Positions 19,534 to 28,169 of a stretch of DNA of 62,086 nucleotides are shown here, piece by piece (positions within the stretch are counted from its first letter, which is position 1; each line of letters begins with the position of its first letter). The DNA comes from an uncultured Granulosicoccaceae bacterium (lineage in GTDB: Bacteria > Pseudomonadota > Gammaproteobacteria > Granulosicoccales > Granulosicoccaceae), in assembly GCA_964388065.1 (NCBI GenBank), contig CAYLZS010000129.1:1-62086 (forward strand), given 5' to 3'. Under the pieces are notes generated by a model. That model saw nothing but the letters and a program-made list of their open reading frames with translations, did not search any database and was not told where the DNA came from. The position numbers and the translations under genes were made by a program.

Positions 19534-20874
19534 TTAGAAAGACATGGTCGTGTAGTCGACTTCATCTTCGTACAGCGTATCTTCAATAGACGTTGTGTGA
19601 GCTAAAACCAGCTTGCCCTCAGAGACTTTCGATATGTACTGATGACCAAACGCCTGATGCGTTTTGCCGTTAAAGCGCTTGGCACCCTGCGGATGTTGAA
19701 TTGAGTGAGGCATATCAGTCATCGCCTCAACTGCTTCAATCAGTTTTTGACGATCTTTGGTACCACTGTAATCACAGGCTTCCATACCAGCTTTAATTAC
19801 ATACATGGTCTCCCAGCAACCGAACATATGTGCATACGTAGAGACATCTTTTGCATCAGATACCGATGCACCGTTTTCATCAACACCCACTGCCTCACGA
19901 TACACCTTGTCAAATTCGGACTGATCTTCCTGCGCATAGCGAGGGTTGCCCTCCCAGAAATAAGTACCATCAAGGAACTCAAGACCCGGGCTGGCGAGAT
20001 CAACTGCCTCAAGGCTATCGATAAAGCCGAAAATCTCTGGACGGCTCGGACCAAAGAACTCACCGAGCTCTTTAACGAAAGTAAGTACCGCCGGGCCTAC
20101 CATCACGTGGTAGATAACTTCGGTTTCGCGAGGTATCTTTGGAAAGTACTTTGAGAAGGAAGTTTCTGTTGGCGGTATTGCAATTTTTTCCAGTACCTCA
20201 CCACCTAACCCTTCGAATGCTGCAGTAAAGTAATCCCGGTGATCATGACCGAAAGCAAAGTCCGGAAAGATCATCGTGACCTTCTTACCAAGATTCTCTT
20301 TAATAAAAGGCCCCATTGCCTCTACCTGACTTTTAACATCTGTAATACCCGGTTGCAGCGTGTAACGGTTGAGTTTGCCACTGGCCACATGATGCCCTTC
20401 AGATACAACGAAATAAGGAATGGCCAGTTCACCCGCTCTCGGTGCCGAGCCAAACACCACGTGACTGAACAACGTACCAAACGCTACATCGCAGTTGTGC
20501 TTAGTGGCCAGTTTCTCAACTACTTCAGCACCACGCTTGGGATCTGTGCCGTCGTCTTCGGCAACAATTTCTATCGGTCTGCCATTTATGCCACCCTCTG
20601 AATTGATACGCTTGACTACCGCTTCGGTTGTGCGGTCATACCAGCGACCGTAGGCCGCACCAATGCCAGTACGGTGTACCTGAAAACCTACTTTGATTGG
20701 CTCGTCAGAGGCATTTACGTGCCCCATCATTCCTGGTAATGCACCAACTCCTGCAAGTACCCCGGCACCGGCACCCAGTGTTTTAAGCGCATCTCGACGG
20801 CTGACACCAGCTCTTGTATTCGAACCTGGTGCATTCGGTTTTGTGATAATTGGCGATTTTTTTTGCTCAGTCAT
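19534..20874 (-). CDS. periplasmic binding protein (LivJ/Peripla_BP_6-like) with Tat-type signal
   Basis: 446 aa. SRRDALKTLGAGAGVLAGVGALPG twin-arginine signal. IKVGFQVHRTGIGAAYG is typical of type-I PBPs. Confidence 0.8.
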   Translation of the reverse strand: MTEQKKSPIITKPNAPGSNTRAGVSRRDALKTLGAGAGVLAGVGALPGMMGHVNASDEPIKVGFQVHRTGIGAAYGRWYDRTTEAVVKRINSEGGINGRPIEIVAEDDGTDPKRGAEVVEKLATKHNCDVAFGTLFSHVVFGSAPRAGELAIPYFVVSEGHHVASGKLNRYTLQPGITDVKSQVEAMGPFIKENLGKKVTMIFPDFAFGHDHRDYFTAAFEGLGGEVLEKIAIPPTETSFSKYFPKIPRETEVIYHVMVGPAVLTFVKELGEFFGPSRPEIFGFIDSLEAVDLASPGLEFLDGTYFWEGNPRYAQEDQSEFDKVYREAVGVDENGASVSDAKDVSTYAHMFGCWETMYVIKAGMEACDYSGTKDRQKLIEAVEAMTDMPHSIQHPQGAKRFNGKTHQAFGHQYISKVSEGKLVLAHTTSIEDTLYEDEVDYTTMSF

Positions 20875-20955
20875 TCGTTTTATCCTGCCTTTAATTAAGC
20901 ACGAACCAGAGGTTCGTTTTGCGCACGGATACCAGCGTAAGCTGTAACTACCGCG

Positions 20956-22404
20956 TCATGCTCCTTTGGGCGATGCAAGCAACCATAATCCTATGAATGT
21001 ATACAGGACCATAAACACCGCCAGAGGTACCTGACTGACGATAGCACGCCTCGCATTGCTAAACAATTCAATCGCCACAGCATGCGCCAGCAGTACAGAC
21101 ACTACGTGACCGACCACAACGGCCACTGCCTGCGTAAGCCAGATTGCCCTGACCGATGCAGGGGAATTCATAAAACCGGTTGTGACATAAAAGGAACCCA
21201 GATTCAACAGATCAATTCCATTACTCAACGGGTCCGAAACAGCCGCCACAGCGTACTGTCCGTTAATCAGAAATGTAACGAGAAAGTGCGCAAAGTGATA
21301 GGCAAATGCAATAGGCAATACTGCAATTGCCAGTGCACAAAACGCAGTTTTGAAACTGACCTGGTTTATTTCCCCGGAACTGCGGTTTGCAATTCGCAAA
21401 CCTGCATAGACACAAAATCCGTAGATAGCAATCAATAAACCGTTGGTGAGGAACAAGCCAATAACAGTTTCACTGACTACCGATGAGCGCCCCGGAAACT
21501 CTAACGGGTTAACACCTATTAGTGCCAGCCAGGTAAAGGTCTCGTTGAAACCGTCGAATGTGCCAGTGCCGAGAAGAACCAGGATAAATATCGCAGCACT
21601 GACAGAAGTCGATTTATTTACAATCAGTCTCCAGCCCGGGAAACCTGTTGCCAGTGAACGGCGTTCTATACCGATTACAGACAGCTGCGAAAAGCGCCGC
21701 AGCAACATTGAAAAGCACTCACCTCTTTTGAACCACTGCTCACCGTACAGGCAAACACACAGCAGTGTGAAGCACCAGTAACACCCAACAATCCAGCTCA
21801 ATCGCTGCGGTGCATCAGGCGATATATCTGCCAATGCGAAAGACGTGAAGAGAAGAAATAATATAATACCGGGCCAGACACCTGTTTTATCATGCAGTGT
21901 AAACGGTGCACGCCAGCCTGCACGTTGAATGATGGTGTGTATACCGGCCCATGGATTAACCCAATGCCATATATTTCCGATCACACCTTGTAAAATCGGC
22001 AACCCAATCCACCAGACTGTCCAGATAAAAAGCGGTAACGGGTTTTCCAGCGGATCACTGGTTCCGAACAAACCGAGTAGCAGCAGTCCGCAGAGAAATA
22101 TAAGCGACAGCAAACTGGTGATTAACTGCAGGCACGCGCTACTTTTATTAACAAACGCGACAAAAGACCTGTTGCTCCGTTTACTATTTAAACGCAACAG
22201 AAACATTTGCCAGTGTCTGAATATCGCCATCGACACTGAAGCCGGCAACAACAACACGAGCAGCAACGTAAGAACAACAACCAGTACACCAGAGCCAATA
22301 TAAAAATCTGTTGGCAACAGCAATACCAGGCCTTGTTCCGATACGTGCGCATGGGCAACACCTGCGAGACAGCACAGGAAAAAAAAGATAAAATAATGCA
22401 CCAT
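20956..22404 (-). CDS. polytopic inner-membrane protein of unknown function (482 aa)
   Basis: About 10-12 hydrophobic segments. N-terminal signal-like segment ends ...AGVAHA|HVSEQG. WHWVNPW motif. I cannot name a characterised family. Confidence 0.6.
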   Translation of the reverse strand: MVHYFIFFFLCCLAGVAHAHVSEQGLVLLLPTDFYIGSGVLVVVLTLLLVLLLPASVSMAIFRHWQMFLLRLNSKRSNRSFVAFVNKSSACLQLITSLLSLIFLCGLLLLGLFGTSDPLENPLPLFIWTVWWIGLPILQGVIGNIWHWVNPWAGIHTIIQRAGWRAPFTLHDKTGVWPGIILFLLFTSFALADISPDAPQRLSWIVGCYWCFTLLCVCLYGEQWFKRGECFSMLLRRFSQLSVIGIERRSLATGFPGWRLIVNKSTSVSAAIFILVLLGTGTFDGFNETFTWLALIGVNPLEFPGRSSVVSETVIGLFLTNGLLIAIYGFCVYAGLRIANRSSGEINQVSFKTAFCALAIAVLPIAFAYHFAHFLVTFLINGQYAVAAVSDPLSNGIDLLNLGSFYVTTGFMNSPASVRAIWLTQAVAVVVGHVVSVLLAHAVAIELFSNARRAIVSQVPLAVFMVLYTFIGLWLLASPKGA

Positions 22405-22437
22405 GAAACTACACCATGAATTACCCTTGTTACCGCT

Positions 22438-23259
22438 ATGGAACTGAACCCGATAATCCGCTTTGGCAGCAAGCTGCTGGCAAAATATCTGACCAAAACT
22501 GTGAGTACTTACCAGCCATTCTCAGTGCACAGAACGGCGTCACTTGCAGCCATAATGCAACCTGGAGATATTCTGCTGGTAGAGGGTGATCAGCGAGTAA
22601 GCTCGGCAATCAAGTACCTCACTCAATCGACCTGGTCGCACGCAGCATTTTATATCGACAAGATGCCCGATATAACCAAAAATACAATTGACGGCAACGA
22701 TAACAATAACCTGCTAATTGAAGCAGACCTTGAGAATGGTGTAATCGCAGTGCCACTGTCAAAGTATAGCAAGAACAATATTCGTATTTGCCGACCACTG
22801 AACCTAACGGAATCCGATCTCGACAAACTGTGCAGATATATGGCCAATGGCATTGGCATGAAATACGACCTCAAAAATATCATTGATCTGATGAGATATC
22901 TGCTGCCAAACCCGCCGGTACCAAGGCGCTGGCGTCGACGCATGTTAGCACTCGGCAGTGGTGATCCGACGCGTGCAATCTGCTCTACATTGATCGCACA
23001 GGCATTTCAGTCAATTCAATACCCGATACTTCCATCCCGCATTTGTACTGAACTCGACGGTAAAATAAAGCGCGAGCTAATGCACATTCGACACCACAGT
23101 TTATTTGCACCAAGAGACTTCGATATCTCGCCCTACTTCCAGATAGTTAAGCCGGAGCTGTATACAGAGTTTGACTACCTGACTATCGACTGGCACACGC
23201 ACAGTGACGGCACAGCGGTGGTGGATAGCGATTCTAATCCTGAAAATAAGCAGGTGTGA
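22438..23259 (+). CDS. permuted papain-like (YiiX / 'lipo-like') hydrolase family protein
   Basis: PGDILLVEGDQRVSSAIKYLTQSTWSHAAFYI carries the His element, and the later RAICSTLIAQAF carries the Cys element. This matches the circularly permuted NlpC/P60-type arrangement as I remember it. Confidence 0.6.
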   Translation: MELNPIIRFGSKLLAKYLTKTVSTYQPFSVHRTASLAAIMQPGDILLVEGDQRVSSAIKYLTQSTWSHAAFYIDKMPDITKNTIDGNDNNNLLIEADLENGVIAVPLSKYSKNNIRICRPLNLTESDLDKLCRYMANGIGMKYDLKNIIDLMRYLLPNPPVPRRWRRRMLALGSGDPTRAICSTLIAQAFQSIQYPILPSRICTELDGKIKRELMHIRHHSLFAPRDFDISPYFQIVKPELYTEFDYLTIDWHTHSDGTAVVDSDSNPENKQV

Positions 23260-23297
23260 ATTCATCTAAACCATAGCACTGATCGAGAGCGATCGCC

Positions 23298-23367
23298 GCA
23301 GGACTATAGTCGCAGGACTCAGGTCGCAGGACTCAGGTCGCAAAACTCAGGTCGCAGAACTAATGGA
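23298..23367. repeat. 14-bp tandem repeat x5 (GCAGGACTCAGGTC consensus)
   Basis: Read directly. Units are gcaggactatagtc / gcaggactcaggtc x2 / gcaaaactcaggtc / gcagaactaatgga. The last two units contain the final six codons and the stop of the 23347..23865 gene. Confidence 0.9.
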
Positions 23368-23865
23368 CGTATCGTCCGGACGATTCTTCGGTATCCATGC
23401 GGTGGTAATTCGTATCAGTACTGGATTAATGTTGGCTTCATCGGTCACAGTCACTTCAAGCTCAAGCTCACCCTTTGGTTCGCTTTGAATATACTGAATC
23501 TGCTCGTCGGTTAACTTCACCACACCGGTGAGTTTACCGGTTGAGCGCTTAACAAAATCCGCCTCTATGTTTTTTACCAGAGGGATACGGTCACCGGGCA
23601 GATTCATTGCCATAATCATTACACCGATTGTCTCACCGATCAGAATCATTGCGCAGGCGTGTATTTGCTTAAGATGGTTGCCGACTTTACGGCGATTGTC
23701 GAGTGACGCTATCCACTCATTGTTGGTTGCTTTGGTAATTTTGAGCCCTGCGGTGCCAACAAACGGCACAACACGACCTATCAAAAAATTGAACGCGCGG
23801 TTTCTGGCAAATTCCGGCAATCGCTCAACCTGATCTACGGCTTTGGCTATCTGGCTTTTTTTCAA
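23347..23865 (-). CDS. hotdog-fold thioesterase-like protein (DUF4442-type)
   Basis: 172 aa. The pattern RNRAFNFLIGRVVPFVGTAGLKI...NHLKQIHACAMILIGETIG resembles DUF4442/PaaI-like proteins. Confidence 0.6.
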   Translation of the reverse strand: MKKSQIAKAVDQVERLPEFARNRAFNFLIGRVVPFVGTAGLKITKATNNEWIASLDNRRKVGNHLKQIHACAMILIGETIGVMIMAMNLPGDRIPLVKNIEADFVKRSTGKLTGVVKLTDEQIQYIQSEPKGELELEVTVTDEANINPVLIRITTAWIPKNRPDDTSISSAT

Positions 23866-23899
23866 TTTTATTCCGACTTTAAGTTATTTCTAAATAACG

Positions 23900-24095
23900 C
23901 TAGTGGGGCGTGCGGAAAGTTCGGTAACAAACTTTTCACAGCCATAGTCGTCAGGGCAAGGCGGAAAAACGCAGGCCCATCTTTCTATCAACGATGGGGT
24001 CATACGTCGAGCCCTGTCTTAAACAATATGGCCAACGCGGCCATGGCGGCTCTGGCGAAGAAAAGTGTTATCGAACTTTCCGCACGCCCCACTAG
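23900..24095. mobile_element. MITE-like element: 24-bp perfect terminal inverted repeats flanking ~148 bp of non-coding DNA
   Basis: CTAGTGGGGCGTGCGGAAAGTTCG at 23900-23923 is the exact reverse complement of 24072-24095. The pairing extends imperfectly for about 12 more bp inward. No ORF lies inside. Confidence 0.45.
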
Positions 24096-24102
24096 CCACG
24101 AC

Positions 24103-25494
24103 TCAACTATGACCAATTTGTTCAATAGCCTCAACAATACTCTCTCTCAGTACTTTCACCGTAAAGTCTACGTCCTCTTTAGTGATTATAAGAGGAGGAG
24201 ACATTACATTCAGGTGCACTATCGGGCGCACCAGCAATCCCTTTTTATCTGCAATATCAGATACAACTTTTCCAATATCGAGCGCTTCCGGAAATGTCTC
24301 TCGAGTTTCTTTGTTGGCAACAAATTCCACACATTGCATCAGTCGATATCCACGCACCTGACCAACAATAGGTAAATCAGTTAGCGTGCCAAGCTGTTCG
24401 CCAAAATAATCACCAACTTCAATGGCATTAGAGAATATGTTTTCACGTTCCATGATTTCAATATTTTTCAAAGCCGCTGCACAACAGACCGGGTGACCGG
24501 AATAGGTAAAGCCATTGGTAAAGCAGCGATCCCTGCCCTGCTCGCTAATGACCTGATGTATTCTGTCTGAATAAATGGTTGCACCCAGCGGCAGATAACC
24601 TGAGCTCAAACCTTTAGCGCAGGTGATAATATCAGGTATAAATCCAAAGACCTCTTCTGAAGCAAACCAGTGACCCAGCCTGCCGAAGGCAGTCACTACT
24701 TCATCAGACACATACAGTACATCGTACTTGCTGCACACTTCATGTGTTCTTTTATGGTAACCCGCTGGTGGTACTATTACTCCACCAGCACCTAAAATTG
24801 GTTCAGCAAAAAATGCAGCGACCTTGTCTGCACCAAGTGACAGTATTTTTTGTTCCAGCTCATCAACCAGAAAATCTAAAAACTCCGCTTCCGTTGTAAA
24901 GCCTTCAGCACGATAGAAATTTGGATTAGAGATGTGGTGTATCGTGTCTCTCTTGTAGTCAAACTCAGGCGGGTGATCAGCTTTTTTGCCACCGATAGAC
25001 ATAGCGATGTAGGTACTGCCGTGATAGGAACCATCACGCGCAATGATATGCTTTTTCTCGCGATTGCCACGGCAGTTCTGATAATACTGAATTAGCCGAT
25101 AGGCAGAATCAATTGCCGTTGATCCACCGCAGCCGAACATCACATGGTTGAGATCACCCGGGGCAAAATCTGCAAGCTTTGATGCAAGCTCTGCCGCAGG
25201 TGCTGTAGTCATATCGACAAACGGGCTGGCGTAGGCGAGTTTGGTAATTTGCTCAGCAACTGCCTCTGCCATTTCAGCACGGCCCTGACCGATGTTGGTA
25301 CACCACAGACCACCTACAGCATCGAGATAGCGGTTGCCTTTTATATCTGTCAGATAAGCGCCTTCGGCATGATCCATAATCATTGAGCCGTGCTGCTCAA
25401 AAGAGTCGAAAACCTGCCAGGGATGAGTAAAGTGATCTTTATCTTTCTGCCAGATATCTTTCGCGTAGTTTCCTGCGGCTTGATCTGTTGACAT
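24103..25494 (-). CDS. class-III (omega) aminotransferase, PLP-dependent
   Basis: 463 aa. GGLWCTNIGQGR, YVSDEVVTAFGRLGHWF, and the Schiff-base region IITCAKGLSSGYLPLGA. Confidence 0.85.
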   Translation of the reverse strand: MSTDQAAGNYAKDIWQKDKDHFTHPWQVFDSFEQHGSMIMDHAEGAYLTDIKGNRYLDAVGGLWCTNIGQGRAEMAEAVAEQITKLAYASPFVDMTTAPAAELASKLADFAPGDLNHVMFGCGGSTAIDSAYRLIQYYQNCRGNREKKHIIARDGSYHGSTYIAMSIGGKKADHPPEFDYKRDTIHHISNPNFYRAEGFTTEAEFLDFLVDELEQKILSLGADKVAAFFAEPILGAGGVIVPPAGYHKRTHEVCSKYDVLYVSDEVVTAFGRLGHWFASEEVFGFIPDIITCAKGLSSGYLPLGATIYSDRIHQVISEQGRDRCFTNGFTYSGHPVCCAAALKNIEIMERENIFSNAIEVGDYFGEQLGTLTDLPIVGQVRGYRLMQCVEFVANKETRETFPEALDIGKVVSDIADKKGLLVRPIVHLNVMSPPLIITKEDVDFTVKVLRESIVEAIEQIGHS

Positions 25495-25725
25495 TATTCT
25501 TTTTCCGGTTAATTGTGCTCATACTACCGCGAATTGCGACCGGCAGGTCAACGTCACACGACATACTGCATTCAGCGCTTGCAGGCGTTTTCAGCAGTTC
25601 CACCCCGGACCTTCCGGCAGTGCGATGCACTGTGTTTCGAACCCGGCAGTTATTGTTTGAAATCAGGCACTGGAGCGAACTTGCCACGAGCACGCAATGG
25701 ATTACGACTGAATGCAGATTAGCCG

Positions 25726-26427
25726 ATGATTAAATTTAGAAATGAAATATCAAACAGGGAATGGATTTTCGGTTCTTTGCTCATCACTGCAATGATATGG
25801 ATTTACTTTCTGTTCCCGCTGTCTTCCCAATCTGAAGAACCACTCCGTCTGATAAATATAAACTATGACTACTGGCACTACTTTTTATTGTTCCCGCAGA
25901 ACCCGAAAAGTTTAACGGCTATATTCACCTGCCATTTTTTTCATATCAATGAACATCATCTCTCGGTTAACCTTTCGTCACTGATTATGTTTATGATAAT
26001 TCTAGCCAAAATATCCGATAGATTTATCGGGCTGATCTTATCAATGATGCTTATTTCAGGAACATTGATCTGGCTGTTTCATCCCGTTGTAAACGAACAT
26101 ACAAACGTACTGGGAGCCTCTGCGCTGATATTTTGCCTGGCGTCTTATATATTTTTAAGAGTTTGCTTCAACATAGATTTCCACCGCTCAATCGCGGATA
26201 AATATTCGCTCAAGGCATCAAAATTAATTCTAATCAATGCATGGGTATCTTTTGTTGGAGGCAGTTTGCTGCTTGCCAACAGAGAAATGATTTTGACTGG
26301 TATAAATATCCTGGATTTAAAACAGGGTGTCTCAATACACGGGCATCTGTACGGCTTTATTGCCGGAATACTGATCTTTGCTGCAGAGGTAATCTACGTC
26401 TCACAATTCAGAAAACTACCTGGCTGA
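25726..26427 (+). CDS. rhomboid-family intramembrane serine protease-like protein
   Basis: 233 aa, 6-7 TM. HFFHINEHHLSVNL (H-x-x-x-N/H region), LGASALIF (GxSx) and HGHLYGFIAG (catalytic His region). Very AT-rich: about one third G+C in the first ~100 nt by hand count. Confidence 0.7.
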   Translation: MIKFRNEISNREWIFGSLLITAMIWIYFLFPLSSQSEEPLRLININYDYWHYFLLFPQNPKSLTAIFTCHFFHINEHHLSVNLSSLIMFMIILAKISDRFIGLILSMMLISGTLIWLFHPVVNEHTNVLGASALIFCLASYIFLRVCFNIDFHRSIADKYSLKASKLILINAWVSFVGGSLLLANREMILTGINILDLKQGVSIHGHLYGFIAGILIFAAEVIYVSQFRKLPG

Positions 26428-26507
26428 CACAACCGACCATCTCCGGACCATCAAAATAATCGTCAAAGGCGCTTTAAAACAGCGAATACTGCTCGTATGG
26501 TGCACTT

Positions 26508-26528
26508 AGTCATGACAGTATCATGACT
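26508..26528. promoter_or_regulatory. perfect 8-bp-arm palindrome AGTCATGA-N5-TCATGACT upstream of the CBM9-like gene
   Basis: Read directly, about 77 bp upstream of the ATG at 26605. Its function is unknown. Confidence 0.25.
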
Positions 26529-26604
26529 TTGCGGTAACCTCGGGAATCATTTTTAGTTTTCCGGATCGGTAAGCTCCGGAATCCAGGTTATACCGGAGTA
26601 GAAT

Positions 26605-27798
26605 ATGGCCCATCACCCCGCAGGAACAACACTGCTTATTCTGGCAGCTGCAGCTCTCGCCGCATGCGGTGGGTCAGGCAGTGACGACGCTGCCACCACA
26701 GAAACAATTGATACCTCTCCTGTAGCAATCTCTGACGATCCGGCCTCAACCGGAGTATCCGGCAATACAACATCGACTGCAGATTCCGACGATGGCGCAT
26801 CTACTGCAAACACAATTAACGGATCGAATACCGATGCCGGCTCATCATTTGGTACAGTAGTTTCCGACGAGTCTTCAACCTCAACAGATAACGCTACAGT
26901 TGTATGTGGCACAATCGAAAACAGCTTCAGTTACGACCTGCTGGTAAATGAATTCAATGGCAGAGAAGGCGGGCTGGTTATTAGCTCACCTGTAACCGGT
27001 TACGGGTGGGACGGAAATACCTTTTGCGACATGGACAATAGCGTTGGCGTAACAGGTATCGCTGTATTGATACCACAGATTGAATCCGCACCGGTAATTG
27101 ATGGCATATCTGAATTTTATGACCCGGATTGGGTTAACAGCGCCTGGACCGGAATCATAGACAATGTCACTGACGAAAACATCACCAGCAATCTATTAGA
27201 GTCAAGTGTGCCGGGCTATACAGATGGCGCACGGCCGGGTGATTGGTACGCAGCACACGACAATGAAAGCCTTTATATTCGCTATTTGGTTAGAAACGAA
27301 CGCAGCAGCACCGGTAACAATCAGGTGTTTCGCGATTCCACAGATGCACGAGATGATGATTCAATAGACATTTATATCGACGGCGACAATAGCAAAGGTA
27401 CAAGCTACGACGGTATAAATGACTTCCACACTACGGTTGCATTCCTCGATAGCGATACACAGTTTCACCTGGGCCCCAACTCGGCTACTACACTACAACT
27501 TGACTTCAGCGCTGGTGAAGAACCCAATAGTTTTTTATTTGGCTGGTATGAACTGAAAATAAACCTGGAATCGGCAGGCATTATCGTGGGCCAGCCATTC
27601 GGCTTTGAAATACAACTGAATGAAGATGACAACGGTGGAGCACGAGATGCAAAGTTCGGTTGGTTTGAACCATCGGGCAGCACTGTTGCCGACTCAAACC
27701 CGAGTGTTTTCGGCACTGTGCTACTGACGGGTTGTGCTGATCAATCAGCTGGCAGTATTTTTTGTGGCACCGATCAGTTATTGAACCCGGCACTTTAG
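26605..27798 (+). CDS. secreted lipoprotein with CBM9-like (carbohydrate-binding family 9 / DOMON-like) domain
   Basis: Lipobox LAAC|GGS, a Ser/Thr/Asp-rich linker, then ...HDNESLYIRYLV...DDDSIDIYIDGDNSKGTSYDGINDF...FGFEIQLNEDDNGGARDAKFGW, which is typical of CBM9_1-type domains. Confidence 0.6.
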   Translation: MAHHPAGTTLLILAAAALAACGGSGSDDAATTETIDTSPVAISDDPASTGVSGNTTSTADSDDGASTANTINGSNTDAGSSFGTVVSDESSTSTDNATVVCGTIENSFSYDLLVNEFNGREGGLVISSPVTGYGWDGNTFCDMDNSVGVTGIAVLIPQIESAPVIDGISEFYDPDWVNSAWTGIIDNVTDENITSNLLESSVPGYTDGARPGDWYAAHDNESLYIRYLVRNERSSTGNNQVFRDSTDARDDDSIDIYIDGDNSKGTSYDGINDFHTTVAFLDSDTQFHLGPNSATTLQLDFSAGEEPNSFLFGWYELKINLESAGIIVGQPFGFEIQLNEDDNGGARDAKFGWFEPSGSTVADSNPSVFGTVLLTGCADQSAGSIFCGTDQLLNPAL

Positions 27799-27836
27799 TT
27801 CGAACCGCAATCTACCCGCTGAATGGCTGAGCAGTT

Positions 27837-28169
27837 ATGTATAGTCCAACTGCAAAAACAACACTACTTATTACAGCAGCCGCAGCCATTGCATCCTGTG
27901 GCGGCTCTTCCGTCGGCAGACCGTTCGGCATAGAGATCCAGCTTAACGATGACGATAACGGTGCTGCCCGGGACGCGAGATTCGGATGGTTAGAACCTTC
28001 CGGCAGTTCAATGGCTGACTCCAATCCGGGTGTTTTTGGTACTGCACTGTTAACCAGCTGTGCTGGTGATTCATATTGCGGAATGAATCAGTTACTGACA
28101 CCGGATTTCCAGTTTCTAAATTTCAGTACCGGATTAAACCGTAGTTTTAAGCAACAAGGGTTTCTATAA
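27837..28169 (+). CDS. mini-paralog of the preceding lipoprotein (signal peptide fused to its last ~65 aa)
   Basis: MYSPTAKTTLLITAAAAIASC|GGS parallels the gene-A signal. GRPFGIEIQLNDDDNGAARDARFGWLEPSGSSMADSNPGVFGTALLTSCA parallels the gene-A C-terminus. Its 3' end overlaps the trpA 3' end by 23 nt. Confidence 0.5.
   Translation: MYSPTAKTTLLITAAAAIASCGGSSVGRPFGIEIQLNDDDNGAARDARFGWLEPSGSSMADSNPGVFGTALLTSCAGDSYCGMNQLLTPDFQFLNFSTGLNRSFKQQGFL

Noticed and set aside
24028-24375. 115-aa plus-strand ORF starting inside the MITE-like element.
   Set aside because: It runs antisense through the 3' end of the well-supported aminotransferase gene and has no motif support.
25566-25716. 10-bp inverted repeat CTGCATTCAG / CTGAATGCAG separated by about 130 bp upstream of the rhomboid gene.
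   Set aside because: It is short and widely spaced, so it is compatible with chance. No further complementarity lies between the arms.
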